DNA of 32,923 bases from Bdellovibrionota bacterium (GCA_044356295.1 JBIKWN010000023.1:1-32923); one strand, 5' to 3'; positions 9,555 through 18,973 are shown, counted from the stretch's first letter. Made by a program: numbers and translations. The notes: a model not told the origin generated them from the sequence alone.

Positions 9555-12500
9555 TTAATCTTTCCTCCTCATCTTATACCTACCAATCAACGCAGCTCTC
9601 TCTTCAAAAGATCCGGCCGAAAATATAACGTACCGAACAGGAAGTCTTCGTTCTCCTTTTTCTCTTCCAGCTCTACCAGCATACTGTTTCTGCTCAATAA
9701 AACTGGAAAGTGGAGAGAATTCAATTACCATTCCTACGGTTGTATCATGTCCTTTTAAGAGTGCACTTGTTCCAACGACCCACGTTATTTCATCATTATG
9801 AAGTTTGGTGAGCGCTTCTTTGATTAAGGATTTTTCATTTTCTTTTTTAATATGGTTTCCACCGATTCCTGCAGAACAAACCTCTCTGCCGAAAAACATA
9901 TTTAATCTTTCTGCTAGAAATCGCGCGTGCTCAGTTGTTTGAGTGTAGATCATTCCCTTTCTATTTGGAGTTTCAATAGAATCCCTGAATAACGTCTTTA
10001 AAAGGATACTTTCTTTAGGGTGATCGATATGTTCTTTTTGTAAGAGCTTTGTTCTGATGGTATCAAGATCTAGTGGCTTTAAAGTACATAAATCCTCCAG
10101 TGTAATAGTTCCCGCAGGGGTATTATTACAAACAAGGCTTAGGGCATGTCGACACATCGGATCAAGTAATAGATATGCCCATGGATCTTTATGTATCGAA
10201 AGTTCTTTTAGGGTTAGCTGCCTTCCTTTAAATCCTCTTTCACTCATAAACTCGATCCACTCTGAGTGATACGTATTAATTTTTTCTATCGTACACCAAA
10301 CACCACGAGAAATTAGTTCATCTCTAATTTGAAGGGCAATATGAGCGGATTTTAAATATAAAAAGCTCTCGTAGTCTCCTTCTCCAGCTAACCCAGCTAT
10401 TGCTTTGCCAATGACTCCGGCAGGGATTTTTTCGGATCGCTTTAGTTGAGTCCTCAATTTTGTGGGTCTTGAAAATCTATCACGAGTTTTCTTGCCAGGA
10501 TTGTATTCTTTATCTAAGAGCCAATCAGGAAGTTCAGATAACTTCATGTGAGCATAGCTCGATAACTTCAAGTCGACGGTAGCAAAATCTGAAGATAACT
10601 GAACTGGAATCGGTACATATCTGATCGATTTTTGTCCTTTACTCATGTAGGTATCAAAAAGCTTCAAGTCTTTCATGAGTCTTTGACGACCATCATTTTG
10701 ATTTTCAGAAGGTGTAGCATCAAGGAGCGTAAAAGGAACACCCTGCATAAATGTTTGGTGCGCTATAGAAATTAAAGAGTGTCCTTCAGATGGAAGAAAT
10801 GTTTGGATACGCCTCTCTCTTCTACCAACTTCACTTCCGCCTTCATCTGCAATGACATGATCAGTATTCTTAAGAATAATTCTTCCGGACTGAATATCAT
10901 TCCGGAATGTTTGGTACGTCATAACGTAGAGCGTTGAAACTGATTTTTGTTTTTCATATATTTTTGATCGTTTTTCTGGGGTTATTTTTCCACCCATCGC
11001 GATAATTGACCCTTCAGGAATTGTTGTATATTCAAGTGCCTGATTTTTCACCTGCGCAATCAAGGACTGCGTCGGAACTAAGTGATACTGGTTTCCTCCT
11101 CGGTCAAGGACTCGTCCAAATATTCCAAATGATACAAAAGTTTTTCCGCCATTGGTGTCCATCCAAATAAGCGTTCGCGGTTGACGACAAGCAAATTCAA
11201 TTGCATTAGCCTGTCTCGGTCGGAAAGAGATCTTATCCTTACGAAAAACTCCTTTGGTATATTCGTGAAACTGTTCGGATGTGTCAATTTTTTCATCCCT
11301 AAAATCAAGTGCTTCATTTTGAGGAACTAAAAGTTTCCTACGATTTTGTTTTATTTTATTTATGGTATTAGGAGACTGTTCTTTTTTTGAAAATAATTTT
11401 ACATTATTTCTATTTAATTGATGATCATAAGGTGGTGCCAGTGATCCATCGCCGCTTCGTCCAGGAATAGCAAAATTACTATCTGGATCGAATCCCCCAT
11501 TTATATAAAATGCGAGCTTACCAGTCTCGACGCCAACCAAATTGGTAAATGAACGTAGTAAATCAGGGTCGCCAAGATCATAGGTACCAACGACAACTGT
11601 TTTCATCGCCTCATTAAAGGAATCTTGTGGAACAGAAAAGTGAAGTTCATCAAGCATCTTATCTAGTCTTTGATGAAGCACTTCTTGATTAGATTGAGGC
11701 AGATTAGACCAAAGGCTACTTAAAAGTTCTTTAATTGACGACCGAGTAACCAAGTCAATTTGAGATTCTGAAACATCTCCATATTTGCCACTATACCGCT
11801 CACCCCACTCTACTTTTTCTTTTACTATTTCAATCAACTTATTGAGTCGCGCTATTTGTGGAAGGAGGTCGTCTCTTTTTTCTCGCAATCCTTCCACATA
11901 ATGTTGATCACATGAAGCAAGCTGTTCCATTAAATCTTCTAATGAAAATTTATCTAATTGATCATCTGTAAGATCGCATGATTGTCTTTGAAAAGATGGA
12001 GAAATAATAATATCTTTATGCTCTGCGATAGAAGCAAGATACCCTCTAAGATCCAATGTAGAATCTAGTTGAAGTTCATTACTATATGTTCCCAAAAACT
12101 GTAGGGCATCATCTAACTTAGAAAATTCTGCTTTTTCTAATACTGCTATTGCTTTATGTGCTTCTGCTTCATTACTAGCACTTTTATGAATTAATAGTCT
12201 CGCCTGCCGAGAGGATATTTCGATTTCTTGATGAATTATTGAAGCAGATCCATGCATCCCTTCATACGATAATGCTCCGGTAGCAAGTTTTCGTGAAATT
12301 GCTGCTTGAATTTTTCGTCTTCTAAGTAATGAATCACTTAATGATCCTGTATATTGTGCATCAAGCTGCTTTGAAACTGTATCTATATCCTCCATCAGAT
12401 TATCAAGCGTATCTGGGATTGCTTCAAATGCTGTATCAGAGATCTTATCTTGTTCTTGGTAAATAATTCGTAGCGTTTCACAGTCAGCAACCATGTATTC

Positions 12501-14345
12501 TATGTTGCCACTTGCAGTAGGTCGTATGTCCCAGTTTTTTCTTGGTAAGCTTTTATTTAATGATCTTCCATAGGGATCCAAGAGCTTGAATTGATTATCA
12601 AGACTGTGTCCTGGCAGGCATGGAAGATAACCTCGACTAAAAACTGCAGTATCATAAGCCCCAACACCGTGTCCAACGAAATGTCCAAAGAATACATTAT
12701 TTTCAAAGGGATGATTCTGCTCAACGATTACTTTTGAAGGGTCTCTAAAGAGTGTATTTAATTTCGATATATCGAGTGGATGAAACATATCAAAGAGATA
12801 GGTAACTTTTTCATTTTCTCCAAGTATCTGGATGAAACTTGATCGAAGACTTCCATTGACTGAGACATTTTCTGAATCGACAAAGATAAAATCTTCTTTT
12901 ACTAGTGAATCGATTGCGTCATCAGCTTCGTTTTGAGACACAATCATGCGGTAAGGGAATTCGGTACTAAATTGATTTTCTAAGGGCTCAACCGGAGTAT
13001 CAGGACGAGGAGGTCGAAATAATGGACAAAATGCTTTTATAACAAAGACTGGGGGACCTTCACCAGAACGTCTAATCTTTCCAATAAAAGCACCCCTTTT
13101 CCCAGGATCAAGTTCAGGAACTGAGTACGTACAATGAGCCAGTGCGGAAATGACTCTGCCATTTACTCTCAGTTTTAACTTGGTACTACCACTCGACAAA
13201 AGTTGTGAGCCAGCAATGATGCAATCAGGAATTAAATAGACTGTATCCCGATGTAATGTAGAAAAATCAGTTACTGATAAATCGACGATAGGAAAATCAC
13301 TAAAAATGCTCGATACAGTTCCGTCAAGTTTGACAATTGGTGATAATCCATCAAGGTGATGTTTTAAATGATGTACGCCTTGTTGGCTATTTGTACATCG
13401 TGAAAAAAGGGAATTTTCATCACCAAACAAAGCACCCTTCATAAGGTCCCACTTTGTCTCATCAGTAAATAATTCAAACGATGATGGCTTAGTCGAATAA
13501 ACCGACTTAACTCTTATAGAGTTTTTTATAAGTAACAATCTTAGATCATTTGAAAGTGGAAGTTGGAGTTGATCTTTACCTTCAATATGTTCAGCTAATT
13601 CAGATACAATTGATCCTAATTCTTTATAAGCATTAAAAAAAACAAACCCAAAAGGTGTCCATGTAACACATACGTTGCCTTCGGGCATGACGCCAAATAA
13701 TTTGTAGATCTGTTCATTTGAAAATTCCTTTACTGTGCCATCCGTACCACTAAGTTCCGGAATTTTTTCTACTAATTTTTTATAAGCAGATACTCGTTCA
13801 TTGACAATACATCCAAGGACAAACGTTATCTCCTCAACAGGTGGATGATTAGTGAAAAAGTCTACATCCCTCGTTACAGCATGCTTTATCCCGGAATGAA
13901 TTCTTTGAGGTAGAATATCAGAAATTCGAGATTGATGATTCTTACGACTGATGCCCTGCATTATCTTTGTAAGAGCATCTTCTACCTCTGAATGTACTTT
14001 TACTGTTTTTTTCCGTTGATCAGCTATTTTTAGAATCAATAATTTTTGTGGGTGATCTAAGTTAAGCTCAGCAGGAAATTTTTTATCTAGAAACGATCTT
14101 GTTTTTGCATCCCATGGTTTTGAAAAAATGTAATCTTTCTGTTCCTTAGATAAGGATTGAATAATATTTTTTCCAATTTCTATCAGATCGCTCTTGATAC
14201 TTCTTACATCAATTAAATCAGAGATATCCCAATTCTTTGATGGCTGGGAAGGAAGAGCGCCAAGTACAACGCCAACATCAGGTCGTAGCTGAAATTGATC
14301 AGAAAAGGGTAAATGAGGTTGTTGATCAACCTTGGATTTTCGCAT
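9555..14345 (-). CDS. Large fusion of an RNase D-like DEDDy 3'-5' exonuclease and a Hef/Mph1-like SF2 helicase
   Basis: Exonuclease motifs FVDSE, QNHPFE, YDT, WDIRP, YMVAD. Helicase motifs RPRQ, DTNGGKT, LVPTQSL, TYQTFRND, IADEG, DATP, HPK, MIYTQT, GTSALLKGHD, QYAGRAGR. Confidence 0.8.
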   Translation of the reverse strand: MRKSKVDQQPHLPFSDQFQLRPDVGVVLGALPSQPSKNWDISDLIDVRSIKSDLIEIGKNIIQSLSKEQKDYIFSKPWDAKTRSFLDKKFPAELNLDHPQKLLILKIADQRKKTVKVHSEVEDALTKIMQGISRKNHQSRISDILPQRIHSGIKHAVTRDVDFFTNHPPVEEITFVLGCIVNERVSAYKKLVEKIPELSGTDGTVKEFSNEQIYKLFGVMPEGNVCVTWTPFGFVFFNAYKELGSIVSELAEHIEGKDQLQLPLSNDLRLLLIKNSIRVKSVYSTKPSSFELFTDETKWDLMKGALFGDENSLFSRCTNSQQGVHHLKHHLDGLSPIVKLDGTVSSIFSDFPIVDLSVTDFSTLHRDTVYLIPDCIIAGSQLLSSGSTKLKLRVNGRVISALAHCTYSVPELDPGKRGAFIGKIRRSGEGPPVFVIKAFCPLFRPPRPDTPVEPLENQFSTEFPYRMIVSQNEADDAIDSLVKEDFIFVDSENVSVNGSLRSSFIQILGENEKVTYLFDMFHPLDISKLNTLFRDPSKVIVEQNHPFENNVFFGHFVGHGVGAYDTAVFSRGYLPCLPGHSLDNQFKLLDPYGRSLNKSLPRKNWDIRPTASGNIEYMVADCETLRIIYQEQDKISDTAFEAIPDTLDNLMEDIDTVSKQLDAQYTGSLSDSLLRRRKIQAAISRKLATGALSYEGMHGSASIIHQEIEISSRQARLLIHKSASNEAEAHKAIAVLEKAEFSKLDDALQFLGTYSNELQLDSTLDLRGYLASIAEHKDIIISPSFQRQSCDLTDDQLDKFSLEDLMEQLASCDQHYVEGLREKRDDLLPQIARLNKLIEIVKEKVEWGERYSGKYGDVSESQIDLVTRSSIKELLSSLWSNLPQSNQEVLHQRLDKMLDELHFSVPQDSFNEAMKTVVVGTYDLGDPDLLRSFTNLVGVETGKLAFYINGGFDPDSNFAIPGRSGDGSLAPPYDHQLNRNNVKLFSKKEQSPNTINKIKQNRRKLLVPQNEALDFRDEKIDTSEQFHEYTKGVFRKDKISFRPRQANAIEFACRQPRTLIWMDTNGGKTFVSFGIFGRVLDRGGNQYHLVPTQSLIAQVKNQALEYTTIPEGSIIAMGGKITPEKRSKIYEKQKSVSTLYVMTYQTFRNDIQSGRIILKNTDHVIADEGGSEVGRRERRIQTFLPSEGHSLISIAHQTFMQGVPFTLLDATPSENQNDGRQRLMKDLKLFDTYMSKGQKSIRYVPIPVQLSSDFATVDLKLSSYAHMKLSELPDWLLDKEYNPGKKTRDRFSRPTKLRTQLKRSEKIPAGVIGKAIAGLAGEGDYESFLYLKSAHIALQIRDELISRGVWCTIEKINTYHSEWIEFMSERGFKGRQLTLKELSIHKDPWAYLLLDPMCRHALSLVCNNTPAGTITLEDLCTLKPLDLDTIRTKLLQKEHIDHPKESILLKTLFRDSIETPNRKGMIYTQTTEHARFLAERLNMFFGREVCSAGIGGNHIKKENEKSLIKEALTKLHNDEITWVVGTSALLKGHDTTVGMVIEFSPLSSFIEQKQYAGRAGREKGERRLPVRYVIFSAGSFEERAALIGRYKMRRKD

Positions 14346-14392
14346 TTTTTAATGGCGTTTATTGAAATTTTGCAAATAATTACAGACACATA

Positions 14393-14420
14393 ATTATACT
14401 TTGTATACCGTCTTACTCAA
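14393..14420 (-). promoter_or_regulatory. Putative sigma70 promoter of the helicase/nuclease operon
   Basis: Minus strand reads TTGAGT-16 nt-TATAAT, ending 47 nt upstream of the ATG at 14345; an ACTCA-N9-TGAGT inverted pair (14415-14433) overlaps the -35. Confidence 0.55.
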
Positions 14421-14578
14421 ATTTATTATGAGTTGAAATCAGGCAACTCTTTATCTTTAAAAATGTCTAAAAAATGGGGAAATTGTTCATTTTTGAGTTT
14501 TCTATTCGATTAAGACTCTCTACTTTTTGGGGATCAGATCAACTATTGGATGTATGACTGTTTATCCCATGTATGGCT

Positions 14579-15073
14579 TTACCTCGGAGAGTCTGTTCGC
14601 CATGAACTAGGCTGGCATGAAATAACTGGAGCTGTACGCTTACGAGAGGAAGAATTCAATCCACAACGATCAAAGTTATGTGGAGGATTATATACACCAT
14701 AACAGGTTTTGTTATCCTTTCTAGTAAAGGCAAAATGACGTGTGCCATTCTCGCACCCTGAGGTCACATTGAAGGTAAAAGTGGCTTTTTTGCCGGCTTT
14801 GATTTTTTTACTTCCACGCCACCTGACACTGTAGGGAAGGGTGATATAAATATCCCCAAAAGTTTTTTGTACAGTGCTCGCATGAACTTTAGTAATTGTT
14901 ATGTCTCCTGCATCTTTTGGGACTTTATAGGTAACTTGGCAAGGGCAAGCACACGCCTCGCTTACTATAGCTGAAAAGATTACAAAGGAGAGAAAAACTG
15001 AAGCTATTTTCACAAGAACCCCTACTGACAAATAAAAAATAAATCGCCGGACATTTAAGGTCTTGAGTACCAT
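14579..15073 (-). CDS. Hypothetical exported Cys-rich protein (start may be GTG at 15013)
   Basis: Signal-peptide-like KIASVFLSFVIFSAIVSEACA followed by a beta-rich mature region with several Cys. Confidence 0.6.
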   Translation of the reverse strand: MVLKTLNVRRFIFYLSVGVLVKIASVFLSFVIFSAIVSEACACPCQVTYKVPKDAGDITITKVHASTVQKTFGDIYITLPYSVRWRGSKKIKAGKKATFTFNVTSGCENGTRHFAFTRKDNKTCYGVYNPPHNFDRCGLNSSSRKRTAPVISCQPSSWRTDSPR

Positions 15074-15216
15074 ATTTCTGCACTAAACTGAAACAATATC
15101 TTGCCTCCGCTACGAAAAGCATTATGACCAGTGAGTGTTATTGAGAGGAACGAAAAGTGAGCTGTATTTCGCGGATTTAATTTGAATACCATCCGAACCT
15201 AGGTTAGCTTTAACCC

Positions 15217-16392
15217 ATGCAGTTGAACCTTAAACAGGTAGAGTTACCTATATCGAGTTATTCTTTTGAGCCCCATGAAGTTTTTCCTTCTGGATTAGAT
15301 ACTGGCTTTGTATCTACACGAAAAGCTACCTTCGATACGCTTGGTGAAGGAAATCCTGATGATTTTAGCTTTAGTTACATCCTTTATCCTTATAAAAGAG
15401 ACCCCCAAACAGGTGTTGTAAATATAGGTTCAAATAAAATTCCAATTTGTTCATATCAAGGTAAAAAATTCCTAAGTAGAACTCCAATAGATTATAGAGG
15501 TGATTCGCTCCTCTTTTCGGAAGTTACAATTGATACATTAGGAAGGACACCTCACACACAAAGATTTGGTGTTATGCGACTAACTGAATCAGGCGCCGAA
15601 TTAACAGATATTTCCTATTTACAAGAGGGTCGAATCCCTTTTCAAATGATTACTAGAGATTCTGTTTTTACTGTTGCTCAGTCATTTGCTAGTGGATTAC
15701 CCGAGACGCATCCCGACCCTCAAATATTAGTTTTAGGAGACAATGAAGATCGATTATCTCTGAAAGAAAAATTTGCTGGTCTTTTAGGCTCACTTGCATC
15801 TCTACCTCTCGCATTTAGCCCTGGACCAATCTCTGAGTATGGACTCTTTCTTGGTATAGACCCAGAAAATTCTGATCAACTAGGATATTTTATTCAAGAT
15901 CGAAAAAGTGAACGATTCTTTTTGCATGGATATATTCCCCCATTTGATGAGGAAACGATGCCCAATAAACATTGCATTAATGAAGACGGAATAGTGGTCG
16001 GACTTTATCTCGACAGCGATGACAGTTCTTTTCATCCCATGACTTGGAATCGTTATGGATATACACAGGCTCTGAGGATTCCAGAAAATCACAAAGGAAG
16101 TGAAATATACATCACTGGGATAACAAGTATATTTATTGCTGGTGAAAAATATAGTTTTGTATCTGCTGAATTTGTAGATCACACGAGTCGCTCTTCTCCC
16201 TATGGGTGGATTATCGATGATAATTTCTTTGGAGAAGGTTTTGCTGCGACTCCATTTCCATTAGATTTTCAAGATGCAATCCCATCTCAATTAAAATCAG
16301 TACACCAAGGTGGTATTACTTTATTACAGTATGAAAATTTTCCAGGAAAAGTCTCTACGGGAATATTTTCACCAACGATGGTATCGTTATAA
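15217..16392 (+). CDS. Hypothetical protein, possibly beta-propeller-like
   Basis: 391-aa ORF; INEDGIVVG and ITGIT segments resemble HAF-type repeats. Confidence 0.6.
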   Translation: MQLNLKQVELPISSYSFEPHEVFPSGLDTGFVSTRKATFDTLGEGNPDDFSFSYILYPYKRDPQTGVVNIGSNKIPICSYQGKKFLSRTPIDYRGDSLLFSEVTIDTLGRTPHTQRFGVMRLTESGAELTDISYLQEGRIPFQMITRDSVFTVAQSFASGLPETHPDPQILVLGDNEDRLSLKEKFAGLLGSLASLPLAFSPGPISEYGLFLGIDPENSDQLGYFIQDRKSERFFLHGYIPPFDEETMPNKHCINEDGIVVGLYLDSDDSSFHPMTWNRYGYTQALRIPENHKGSEIYITGITSIFIAGEKYSFVSAEFVDHTSRSSPYGWIIDDNFFGEGFAATPFPLDFQDAIPSQLKSVHQGGITLLQYENFPGKVSTGIFSPTMVSL

Positions 16393-16403
16393 AAATCAAC
16401 AGT

Positions 16404-17522
16404 TCAAAGATATTTCTTAAGATGAGCTGTCATCCGATCAACGATACTTTCTCGTGATGAATGCACTTCATGATCACCAAGCAAAACGATAAATTCAGCT
16501 TCAGGAAATAGCTTTCTTCCTTCCTTAATATCCTCTACTGGAATTACTGAATCAGATGCCATGGTAATCATCTGAACATCTTTGGAATCTGTTTTAGAAA
16601 CTCTTCCAATTGGGGAATGAACTGACAGTGCCTGACGCAAAAGGCTAGGATCGATTTCTGTATTTGCTTCTCTTTTTAACGCAGCCTCAGTTACGGTTGA
16701 CATATCAAAGAACGGTAAAAGATTCACTATAAATGACAAAGGTTCAATCGTAGACCAAAGTGTTGTTAGATAGGAACCAAGGCTTATTCCAAATGCCCCA
16801 AATTTTTTCAATCCAAGGGCTCTAAGGATTAACTTTAGTTGCCGTAGGTCAGAAACACCTTGCAAAATTGCTTCATTCGTTAAAAAAAGATTTGCACTTG
16901 GAAACACGGAGTGCCCAATATCTCGAAATTCACTGGTAAGCCTTCTTCCATGAAATGGAAGTTCGAAAATTGCGACATTAAATCCTAAGCGGAAAAAGAA
17001 ACCAGGCATAAATGTCAGTGCATTAATTTTTTGATCCCCCATTGTCCAACCTGGAACAGCAATCATTGTAGGACGGTTTTCATTATGAGTATGCTTCCAG
17101 AGTCTCACGCGAACCGTTTTATTTTCTGGAATTGCAACGTGGATTTTTTTATTAGATGAATGTATCGGTTGATATGAACTTTCAAACTCAATATCGACAA
17201 TTTCTCCATCTGCTGATAATCCATGAACTGGAATTACCTTTGGAGCGAATACTCCTTTTGGCGATATAAATGGCTCTTTTATAGTGGAATAGAATGCTGC
17301 CGTTGATCTGAGTGCTTCATTAGAGAGCCCTGCAATCAGTGGAGCAAAATTCAGAGGTACTGCATCTGTTGTAATTCTAGAAAAAAATTTCTCGAGCTCC
17401 TCGCCACCTTGTAAGGTCAAACGCTCAACGCTACTAAGCCGTGCTGCCTTGTCATCTGAAAGGTGACAGAAATCCTCAAAATCGGTGAATTGCTTTCCCA
17501 CTGTCTCTGATCTATCGGTCAA
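16404..17522 (-). CDS. Alpha/beta hydrolase
   Basis: Nucleophile elbow GISLG, ELPFHGRR, Asp in DSVIP, His in GDH. Confidence 0.85.
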   Translation of the reverse strand: MTDRSETVGKQFTDFEDFCHLSDDKAARLSSVERLTLQGGEELEKFFSRITTDAVPLNFAPLIAGLSNEALRSTAAFYSTIKEPFISPKGVFAPKVIPVHGLSADGEIVDIEFESSYQPIHSSNKKIHVAIPENKTVRVRLWKHTHNENRPTMIAVPGWTMGDQKINALTFMPGFFFRLGFNVAIFELPFHGRRLTSEFRDIGHSVFPSANLFLTNEAILQGVSDLRQLKLILRALGLKKFGAFGISLGSYLTTLWSTIEPLSFIVNLLPFFDMSTVTEAALKREANTEIDPSLLRQALSVHSPIGRVSKTDSKDVQMITMASDSVIPVEDIKEGRKLFPEAEFIVLLGDHEVHSSRESIVDRMTAHLKKYL

Positions 17523-17659
17523 AAAGAGAGAAGTATTAATATAATTAAAGGTTTTCTACGAAAATTTCTGAGAAAACGTTTTTTTCATGGATTTTCGTTT
17601 ACTTGCCCCTCATACGAGTCATCTGCGACAATCAAATGAGTATTTCTAAATATGTAACA

Positions 17660-17896
17660 ATGAACGAAGAAACTAAAAAAAGATCAAAAGATCCACTCGA
17701 GGGAGTCACCCTCGAAATGCTACTGACGGAACTGGTCGAGAACGTAGGATGGCAAAAACTCGGGAAGCAGATCTCTATCAATTGCTTTAATAGCGATCCA
17801 AGTATTTCATCGAGTCTAAAATTTCTGAGACGTACTCCATGGGCAAGAACTAAAGTTGAAAAATTCTACTTAGATTATTTGAAATCTAAAAAATAA
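17660..17896 (+). CDS. VF530 (DUF2132) family putative DNA-binding protein
   Basis: DPLEGVTLE..GW..L...I.INCF..DPSISSSLKFLRRTPWARTKVE family signature; ATG at 17660 preferred over TTG at 17603. Confidence 0.9.
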   Translation: MNEETKKRSKDPLEGVTLEMLLTELVENVGWQKLGKQISINCFNSDPSISSSLKFLRRTPWARTKVEKFYLDYLKSKK

Positions 17897-17906
17897 GTTA
17901 AAACGT

Positions 17907-18263
17907 ATGAACAATTACCGTTTAGTCTATTCAACCGATCCGAAGCTCAATAAAAAATGTCCGAAGTGTTCTGAACTTCTGGCTTCTTGTAATTGTGCAG
18001 ATGAATCGAAATTACCTGAGCGAATTTCAACACGTCTACAAATTGAAAAAGCTAAACGTGGTGGAAAAACTGTTACTGTTTTAAAAGAACTTCCTAAAGT
18101 GAATGAATTTTTAAAAAGCCTTTGTAAGGAATTAAAAAATTCTTGTGGTACTGGTGGGACATTTGGAATTTCTGATGTTGAAGGGTATATCGAGATTCAG
18201 GGTGATTTTCGGGAGAAGATTCGAGACATACTTAAAAAGAAAAACTATCTAGTGAAAGGTTAA
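17907..18263 (+). CDS. yciH: Translation initiation factor SUI1/eIF1 homolog YciH
   Basis: LVYSTD, CxxC...CxC, RGGKTVT, LK..CG.GGT, IEIQGD. Confidence 0.92.
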   Translation: MNNYRLVYSTDPKLNKKCPKCSELLASCNCADESKLPERISTRLQIEKAKRGGKTVTVLKELPKVNEFLKSLCKELKNSCGTGGTFGISDVEGYIEIQGDFREKIRDILKKKNYLVKG

Positions 18264-18282
18264 AGCATTAATCACCCCACCC

Positions 18283-18358
18283 CCGTGACCTTGAGCGTAG
18301 GCGTGAGCGTGACCAAAATGATTTCGCTCACGCCTACGCTCACGGTCAGGGTCACGGG
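18283..18358. repeat. Long inverted repeat built from CGTGAS-like hexamers between convergent yciH and apt
   Basis: Arm ccgtgaccttgagcgtaggcgtgagcg (18283-18309) pairs with cgctcacgcctacgctcacggtcaggg (18325-18351), 25/27 match. Confidence 0.85.
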
Positions 18359-18385
18359 TAGAAACACGTGGAGAAATTCTTAAGC

Positions 18386-18898
18386 TTAGTATTCAATCAA
18401 ACAATTAACATCATACCCTTTCAAAAGGTCACGACCATGCAAAAACCCAAGCTCTATCGCAAATATAAAACCAGCAACAGAAGCTCCAACATTTTCAACA
18501 AGAGTTGCTGCCCCTTTAGCAGTTCCACCAGTAGCAAGCAGGTCATCAATAATAATAACCCTGTCGTTTGTATGCACACCATCTTCGTGCATTTCGAGTT
18601 TTCCAGATCCATATTCAAGAGAATACTCAATCGCTACGGATTTATAAGGCAGCTTTCCTGGCTTACGAATCGGTATAAATGGAAGCTTTAACTGCATTGC
18701 AATCGGAACAGCAAACAAAAATCCTCTCGATTCAATAGCAGTAATAACTGTTGGGTTTTTTGATCGTGCTATTTCAGACATCTGATCAATACAGTAGGCA
18801 AAAGCCTTAGGGTCTTTCAGAAGTGGCGTAATATCACGGAACAATATTCCTGGTTTTGGAAAGTCAGGGATATCACGAATGTATTGCTTAAGATCCAT
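18386..18898 (-). CDS. apt: Adenine phosphoribosyltransferase
   Basis: IPDFPKPGILFRDITPLL, ESRGF, RKPGKLP, YSLEYG, IIDDLLATGGT. Confidence 0.98.
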   Translation of the reverse strand: MDLKQYIRDIPDFPKPGILFRDITPLLKDPKAFAYCIDQMSEIARSKNPTVITAIESRGFLFAVPIAMQLKLPFIPIRKPGKLPYKSVAIEYSLEYGSGKLEMHEDGVHTNDRVIIIDDLLATGGTAKGAATLVENVGASVAGFIFAIELGFLHGRDLLKGYDVNCLIEY

Positions 18899-18973
18899 AT
18901 CTTTTTTTACTCCTAAACGAAATTTTTTTTAGTATTTAACTCTGATTAAATTTATTTTCTTATGAAAAAAACA

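Noticed and set aside
6999..14345. AddAB/RecBCD assignment
   Set aside because: The helicase has SF2 motifs rather than UvrD-like SF1 motifs and lacks a C-terminal RecB nuclease domain.
18368..18691. 107-aa plus-strand ORF
   Set aside because: Antisense shadow of apt with no recognisable motifs.
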